A stretch of DNA of 61,195 nucleotides from Chloroflexota bacterium (GTDB taxonomy: Bacteria > Chloroflexota > Dehalococcoidia > SZUA-161): contig JAJYLC010000003.1 of the NCBI GenBank assembly GCA_021787935.1, positions 1-61,195 of the forward strand, written 5' to 3'. Position 1 is the first letter of the stretch. Every line of letters begins with the position of its first letter. Under the pieces are notes generated by a model. It worked only from the letters and a program-made list of their open reading frames with translations, searched no databases and was not told the origin of the DNA. The position numbers and the translations under genes were made by a program. Positions 55,665 to 61,195 of the stretch are shown piece by piece.

Positions 55665-58600
55665 ATGACACTACGTAGAAAAACTATAGTCATTATTACA
55701 GCCACGCTAGCTGGCCTGCTCCTGATTCTATTTGCAGTCTCGGAGAGCATCTTCCTGAGAGATGCCGCTCACACCGGACAGACTACCGTGCTTTATTTTC
55801 TCTGTCTTCTTCTGGGAGCCGGCCTAGCGTTTATCGGGGTATTCTACGTCCTATTGGACAGGTTAGTACTTTCTCCACTATCCCAACTCAGCTCAAGTGT
55901 CAGCAAGATAGGTAGAACCAGGGCTTTGTCAGCGAGAGTAACGATAAAAGGCAAAGATGAATTAGCAGGCTTGTCAAACGACATCAATAGGATGCTGGAA
56001 TCACTGGAGCATTCTCATGACGATTTGCGGGAATCGGAGGAAACGTTCAGGCACCTGGTTGAAGACATGAACGATGGGTATTTCGTGGTTCAGAACTCCA
56101 GGATAGTCTTCGCTAATACCCGCAGCGCGGAGATGTTCGGACGTTCTGCTGAAGAGGTAACCGGCAGAACTGTTGAGGAATTCCTCACGCCTGAAGAAGT
56201 AAAAGTTCTGTCGGAATGGTATGAAAGGCGGCTCCGCGGGGAAGCTGTGCCCCATCAATATGAGACAACGTTGGCCAGAAGCGACGGAACAATAGTTGCC
56301 GTCGAGTTCGGGGCCAGGCGCATGTATTATGCAGGCAGGCCTGCCATTTCTGTGGTTTTGAGGGATATCACCAAGCGCAGGCAGATGGAGCAGGCACTGC
56401 ACGAGAGTGAGGCAAAATATCGCGAAGTAGTCGAGCGAGCTAACGACGTCGTTGCCATAGTTCAAAACACGATTATCAAATATATCAACAAGCGTTCGTT
56501 AGAAATGCTTGGTTATCAGCCTGAAGAGATGATTGGCACCCCAGTTACAGAGTATGTTCACCCCGACGAAATTCGGCAGGTTATCTCAGGCTATGAGCGG
56601 TGGATGTCAGGCGATACTGCCAGATCGATGTATGAGACAGCGCTCCTGCATAAAAATGGTAACAGAGTAGATATTGAACTGAATGCAGGAGTGATTACAT
56701 ATGAAGGAAGGCCCGCTGACCTCGTTATTGTGCGTGATATCACTGAGCGCAAAAAGGTGCAGCAGGCTTTGCGGAAATCCGAGGAGCATTACTCCACACT
56801 GGTGGGAAGCCTCACTGACGCGGTTTTTAAGTCAAAAGGCAGACTGATTACCTGGTGTAATGACAGAGTAGAAGAGATATACGGCTACAAGAGAGAGGAA
56901 CTTATTGGCAAGGAAGCAGCTTTCCTTTTCCCTGAGGGCGTGAGCCGCTCTAAATTTGCCACGGAAGTCGCTGAGGCAATAGGAAAACAGGGATACTTCA
57001 GTGGTACACACAGGGTGAAGAGGAAGAATGGAAGCCTGGTAGATGTCGAATATACCATCTCGCAGGTAAAGGCTGTAGAGGGTAGTGAGCCGATTGAGTT
57101 AGTATCAATCGCTCGAGATATCACTGAACGTAAGAGGATGGAAGAGGAGTTGAGGGATAGCGAGGAGAAATTTCGCAACGTTCTCGACAACTCTCTCGAT
57201 ATGATTTACAGCATGAATCTTCAAACTGGTAGATACGAGTATGTAAGCCCGGCATCGAAGCAAGTGCTCGGATATGGTCCAGAGGAGTTCCAAGCATTTA
57301 ATCAAGAGGAACTGATTTCTTTAGCGCATCCTGATGATGCGGAAAGGCTTCAACAGAATATCATCGACTTGATTACTCAAAAAGACGCCCGGGCTCTATC
57401 TTTTGAGTATCGGGTTAAACATAGAGAGCTGGGGTATCGCTGGGTAAGCGACAGCCGTTCGGTAGTATGCGATGACACAAATATGCCGGTGGCCATAGTT
57501 GGCAGTCTGAGAGACATCACTGAGCGCAAACTGGCACAGGAGGCCTTGCGGCAGAGCGAGGAAAGATTCCGCAGTGTGCTCGACAATTCTATCGATATGA
57601 TATATAGCTTGAACCTTCAGACTGGTAAATATGAGTACATAAGCCCGGCATCGGAAAGAATACTCGGTTGCAGTCCAGAAGAGGCGATGCGGCATAGCCT
57701 TGAAGAAACGAGGGCTACGATACATCCCGAGGATATACAAAAGATGGACGAAAATGTCATCGAATTGATCGCTTCGAAAGGAGCGGCCGCTTCCAGAATT
57801 GAGTATCGGGTCAAACACAAAGAGCTAGGGTATAGATGGATAAGCGACAGCCGTTCAGTGATATACGATGACGCAAACATGCCGGTTGCCATGGTCGGCA
57901 GTCTGAGAGATATCACTGAGAGCAAACTGACGCAGGAGGAACTGCGCCAAAGAGAGCAAGACTATCTAATCTTGTTGGAAAGCACGCATGACAGCATTGT
58001 CGTTGTCGATGCCGAGACGCTGAAGATCATCTATGGTAACCGGCGCGCTTCACTGATGTTCGGATTCGATCCTGTACTTCACGATGGAGTAGGGATGAGT
58101 TTACTTGATTTTGTCCACCCCGAGGACAGGGAGAAAGCCATAAAGGGATTTGAGGAAGACCTGTATCAGCGGGAGCGACGTCAGAGATACGATGTCAGGG
58201 CAAAGACGAAGGACGATAGAGAAATATGGGTAAGTGCCCTTGCCACAAGGATTGAATTTCAGGGAAAAGTTGCCGTTTTGCTTTCATTGAAAGACGTCAC
58301 TGAGACCAGGTGGGCGGAGGAGAAGTTGAAGCAGACTATGGCAGAACTAGTGCGCTCCAATACCGAGCTGGAGAGGTTTGCTTATGTGGCATCTCACGAC
58401 CTGCAGGAGCCACTGCGCATGGTGGCCAGCTATACACAGCTCCTGGCTCGTCGTTACAAAGGTAAACTCGATTCCGACGCCGATGAGTTCATTGGCTACG
58501 CTGTTGACGGCGCTACCAGAATGCAGCAGCTTATCAATGCTCTGCTGGACTACTCCAGGGTGGGCACCCGCAATAAACCCTTTGAGCCAACCCGCTGTGA

Positions 58601-59042
58601 GGAGGTACTTAATCAAGCAGTCGCCAATTTACAGGCTGCGATCAAAGAAAATGACGCGGTTGTGACACATGATTACTTGCCCACCATTACAGCCGATGCA
58701 ACACAAATGGTCCAGTTATTCCAGAACCTGATTGGCAACGCAATCAAGTTCCATGGCGAGAAGAAACCAGAAGTGCGTGTAGGAGCAGAGCGCAATGGCA
58801 TCGAGTGGATTTTCTCGGTACGCGACAATGGCATTGGGATCGAACCTCAGTACTTCGAGCGCATCTTCGTCATCTTCCAGCGCCTGCACAGCAGGGCGGA
58901 ATACCCGGGCACGGGAATAGGGCTGGCCATATGCAAAAAAATTATAGAGCGCCACAACGGACGTATCTGGGTTGAGTCACAGCCCGGTAATGGCGCCACA
59001 TTTTATTTCACGATACCCAACGGAAAAGAGGAGAAATCATGA
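55665..59042 (+). CDS. Membrane-bound multi-PAS sensor histidine kinase
   Basis: Two TM helices, a HAMP-like linker and repeated PAS units ending in RDITERK-type junctions. HisKA is [10 protein letters not shown]; HATPase is [13 protein letters not shown]. Confidence 0.9.
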   Translation: MTLRRKTIVIITATLAGLLLILFAVSESIFLRDAAHTGQTTVLYFLCLLLGAGLAFIGVFYVLLDRLVLSPLSQLSSSVSKIGRTRALSARVTIKGKDELAGLSNDINRMLESLEHSHDDLRESEETFRHLVEDMNDGYFVVQNSRIVFANTRSAEMFGRSAEEVTGRTVEEFLTPEEVKVLSEWYERRLRGEAVPHQYETTLARSDGTIVAVEFGARRMYYAGRPAISVVLRDITKRRQMEQALHESEAKYREVVERANDVVAIVQNTIIKYINKRSLEMLGYQPEEMIGTPVTEYVHPDEIRQVISGYERWMSGDTARSMYETALLHKNGNRVDIELNAGVITYEGRPADLVIVRDITERKKVQQALRKSEEHYSTLVGSLTDAVFKSKGRLITWCNDRVEEIYGYKREELIGKEAAFLFPEGVSRSKFATEVAEAIGKQGYFSGTHRVKRKNGSLVDVEYTISQVKAVEGSEPIELVSIARDITERKRMEEELRDSEEKFRNVLDNSLDMIYSMNLQTGRYEYVSPASKQVLGYGPEEFQAFNQEELISLAHPDDAERLQQNIIDLITQKDARALSFEYRVKHRELGYRWVSDSRSVVCDDTNMPVAIVGSLRDITERKLAQEALRQSEERFRSVLDNSIDMIYSLNLQTGKYEYISPASERILGCSPEEAMRHSLEETRATIHPEDIQKMDENVIELIASKGAAASRIEYRVKHKELGYRWISDSRSVIYDDANMPVAMVGSLRDITESKLTQEELRQREQDYLILLESTHDSIVVVDAETLKIIYGNRRASLMFGFDPVLHDGVGMSLLDFVHPEDREKAIKGFEEDLYQRERRQRYDVRAKTKDDREIWVSALATRIEFQGKVAVLLSLKDVTETRWAEEKLKQTMAELVRSNTELERFAYVASHDLQEPLRMVASYTQLLARRYKGKLDSDADEFIGYAVDGATRMQQLINALLDYSRVGTRNKPFEPTRCEEVLNQAVANLQAAIKENDAVVTHDYLPTITADATQMVQLFQNLIGNAIKFHGEKKPEVRVGAERNGIEWIFSVRDNGIGIEPQYFERIFVIFQRLHSRAEYPGTGIGLAICKKIIERHNGRIWVESQPGNGATFYFTIPNGKEEKS

Positions 59043-59494
59043 ATATGGCAGAAATGGGCAGGACTATCGAGATCTTGCTGGTTGAGGACAACCCCGGCGA
59101 TATACGTCTGACTAAGGAAGCCCTTCGTGAGGCTAAGGTTTGCAATCGGATACACGCGGTCTACGACGGCAAAGAGGCCCTGGCTTTCCTGAATCGAGAG
59201 AGCGGCTATATCAACGTTCCTTGCCCCGACCTCATACTGCTTGACCTGAACCTACCTAAAAAGGACGGACGGGAGGTTCTGGCATCAATTAAGGCAAATG
59301 AAAAAATTCGTCGGATACCGGTGGTGGTGCTGACTACTTCGAAGTCAGAGGAAGATATTATTAAGAGCTATGAACTGCAGGCGAGCTGCTATGTAACCAA
59401 GCCTGTTGATTTGGACCAGTTCCTCCAAGTAGTAAAGTCAATCGCCGACTTCTGGCTCGCCGTCGTAAAGCTGCCTCCGGGAGGGGTAATATAA
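59039..59494 (+). CDS. Single-domain response regulator
   Basis: [23 protein letters not shown], and YVTKP. The start overlaps the kinase stop (ATGA). Confidence 0.85.
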   Translation: MNMAEMGRTIEILLVEDNPGDIRLTKEALREAKVCNRIHAVYDGKEALAFLNRESGYINVPCPDLILLDLNLPKKDGREVLASIKANEKIRRIPVVVLTTSKSEEDIIKSYELQASCYVTKPVDLDQFLQVVKSIADFWLAVVKLPPGGVI

Positions 59495-61195
59495 GTGGAA
59501 GGTGAAAAGATCAGAATATTGCTGATAGAGGATAACCCCGGGGACGCTCGCCTGATAAACGAGCTGCTCGCCGCAAAAGGTAGCACTTCCTTTGTCTTAG
59601 AACATGCCGACCGGCTCTCGCCGGGCCTGGCCCGACTTGCCCAGGGCGGCATCGATGTAATTCTACTCGACCTCTCTTTGCCGGACAGCCAGGGGCTCGA
59701 CGGCCTCAACAAGATATCCGTGCAAACGCCCAACGTGCCGGTAGTTGTTTTAAGCGGCCTCAGCGACGAGGCGGTTGCGGTCAATGCAGTTCAGGAGGGT
59801 GCCCAGGATTATCTGGTCAAAGGAAATATAGATAGCGCCCTATTAGTGCGGTCCCTGCGCTACGCCATGGAGCGGCAACACCTCCGGGTAGCATGGCAGG
59901 AGAGCGAAGCCCGCTACCGCCTGCTTGCTGACAACGTTGTGGATGTTATCTGGACAGCCAATATGAAATGGCAGATAACCTACGTCAGCCCGTCTATTAA
60001 GCGTTTGCTGGGCTATACGGTTGAAGAGATGAAGAGGTTGGCGATAAAAGACTTTTTGACCCCTGATTCCTTTGATCAGGCTGTAAAGCTCATCAGGAAC
60101 CAAATGGATATTATAACCCCGGAATTACAGTATCCATCGCTGTCTCTAACCGTGGAGTATGTACGTAAGGATGGTTCCAAACTCTGGGCTGAGGTTACAT
60201 TGTCGTTCCTATGGGACAAAGATGGAAAGCTCAGTGAAGTTCTGGGAGTTACACGTGATATCACAGAGCGCAAGAAGGCTGAGGAGGCATTGCGCGAATC
60301 TGAGGAAGAACTGCAGGCCATTTTCGACTCTTCGGGGAATGGTATAGCATTATTCGATCTCGATGGTAGACTTATCAGAGTTAACAAGAGAGTGTTGGCA
60401 GTAGGCGGTTATGAGATGGAGGAAATCTCCGGCAAGACCTTTGACCTACTCAAGATGTTTACCCCGGAGAGCATTGAGAAAATGTACTCTATCAAGGACA
60501 TGATATTGTCAGGCAAAGAGGTGGGTGCCTTTGAATGTGAAGTCCACACCAAATCAGGCAAGAAAATGAGCCTTGAAGTCAACGCCGGTCCTTTCCTCAT
60601 GAAAGGACAACTCTTTGGCTTTGTTGCTGTCATGAGGGACATCACCGAACGCAAACGTATGGAAGAAGAATTAATCCGGCTCTCCGATGCATTTATGATG
60701 TCTACAGATAGCATCGTAATAACCGACCTTGAGGGTAGAATTACCGAGGTAAACGAGGCAAGCCTGAAAATGCATGGCACGCAAGACAAGAGAGCTTTGA
60801 TCGGCAAAGATGCATTTGCCATTATCGCGCCTGAAGACCGAGAGATGGCGCTGGCGAACCTGTCAAAAATAATAGAAGCAAAGTCTCTTGTCGACCAGGA
60901 ATATCATATTTTGACAAACGACGGAAGAAAGATTCTCGTCGAATCTAGCGCATCTGTTATAAGGGGGAAGGACGGGAAGCCGGTGGGATTTGTCGGTGTC
61001 ACTCGCGATATTACTCAGCGCAAGAGAGCGGAGGAGGCGCTACGCCAGAGCGAAGAGCGCTACCGCGAACTGTTCGAAAACGCCAACGATATTATTTATA
61101 CCCACGACTTATCTGGCAATTTCACCTCAATAAATAAGGCAGGCGAACGTGTCACCGGCTACAGGCGCGAAGAAGTATTGGGTATAAACATATCT
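59495..61195 (+). CDS. Response-regulator receiver fused to multiple PAS domains (3' end outside the window)
   Basis: Not in the ORF track. The GTG immediately after the previous stop opens a 567-codon frame with no stop to the window end. It has ILLIEDNPGD, ILLDLSLPDS and repeated PAS...RDITERK units. Confidence 0.8.
   Translation, partial: MEGEKIRILLIEDNPGDARLINELLAAKGSTSFVLEHADRLSPGLARLAQGGIDVILLDLSLPDSQGLDGLNKISVQTPNVPVVVLSGLSDEAVAVNAVQEGAQDYLVKGNIDSALLVRSLRYAMERQHLRVAWQESEARYRLLADNVVDVIWTANMKWQITYVSPSIKRLLGYTVEEMKRLAIKDFLTPDSFDQAVKLIRNQMDIITPELQYPSLSLTVEYVRKDGSKLWAEVTLSFLWDKDGKLSEVLGVTRDITERKKAEEALRESEEELQAIFDSSGNGIALFDLDGRLIRVNKRVLAVGGYEMEEISGKTFDLLKMFTPESIEKMYSIKDMILSGKEVGAFECEVHTKSGKKMSLEVNAGPFLMKGQLFGFVAVMRDITERKRMEEELIRLSDAFMMSTDSIVITDLEGRITEVNEASLKMHGTQDKRALIGKDAFAIIAPEDREMALANLSKIIEAKSLVDQEYHILTNDGRKILVESSASVIRGKDGKPVGFVGVTRDITQRKRAEEALRQSEERYRELFENANDIIYTHDLSGNFTSINKAGERVTGYRREEVLGINIS

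Overview
61.2-kb bacterial chromosomal window, gene-dense and mostly around mid-50s % GC by eye. The gene content suggests an anaerobe: tungsten-type aldehyde:ferredoxin oxidoreductase, an HgdC/HgdAB-like radical dehydratase module, CooC, and many DUF35/thiolase genes. An actinobacterial/Chloroflexota-style bS22 mini-protein hints at taxonomy, but that is weak inference. Layout: (1) 1-8.9 kb holds an acyl-CoA metabolism cluster: thiolase, DUF35, acyl-CoA dehydrogenase, an ATP-dependent activase with a two-subunit dehydratase-like enzyme, then a stand-alone fragment of acetyl-CoA synthase next to CooC, and an ADP-forming acyl-CoA synthetase alpha-type gene. (2) 9-25 kb holds signalling genes (GAF-GGDEF-HD-GYP, LuxR-type regulator, PilT), divergent NAD-salvage genes, a low-GC lipoprotein patch, a frameshifted GC-rich crotonase, a beta-CASP RNase, a DUF2089 three-gene cluster and AOR. 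(3) 25-27 kb holds a truncated argC relic beside an intact, AT-richer argC on the opposite strand. (4) 27-38 kb is housekeeping: nth, cimA-like, rsmD-coaD, ferredoxin, polA-mutM, crotonase, hydrolase. (5) 38.4-44 kb is a tandem duplication of an [HMG-CoA-synthase-like::DUF35 fusion + thiolase] module. (6) 44-50.9 kb is an AT-rich accessory island. It contains an IS1-like relic, a lipoprotein gene, an IS6-family element with 8-bp target duplication and a passenger membrane-protein gene, and a 3.9-kb unit bounded by perfect 19-bp inverted repeats. That unit carries a methyltransferase-Mrr-like nuclease fusion, an IS1-like transposase, a P63C gene and a small KGG-motif gene. (7) 51-61 kb holds a nitroreductase, an unlisted 31-aa bS22 gene, holB, ricT, polyamine genes, and a multi-PAS histidine kinase with two response regulators. 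Many intergenic spacers are packed with mosaic palindromic repeat modules that produce spurious ORFs. No rRNA, tRNA or CRISPR array was seen. All product calls come from motif recognition by eye, not database searches.
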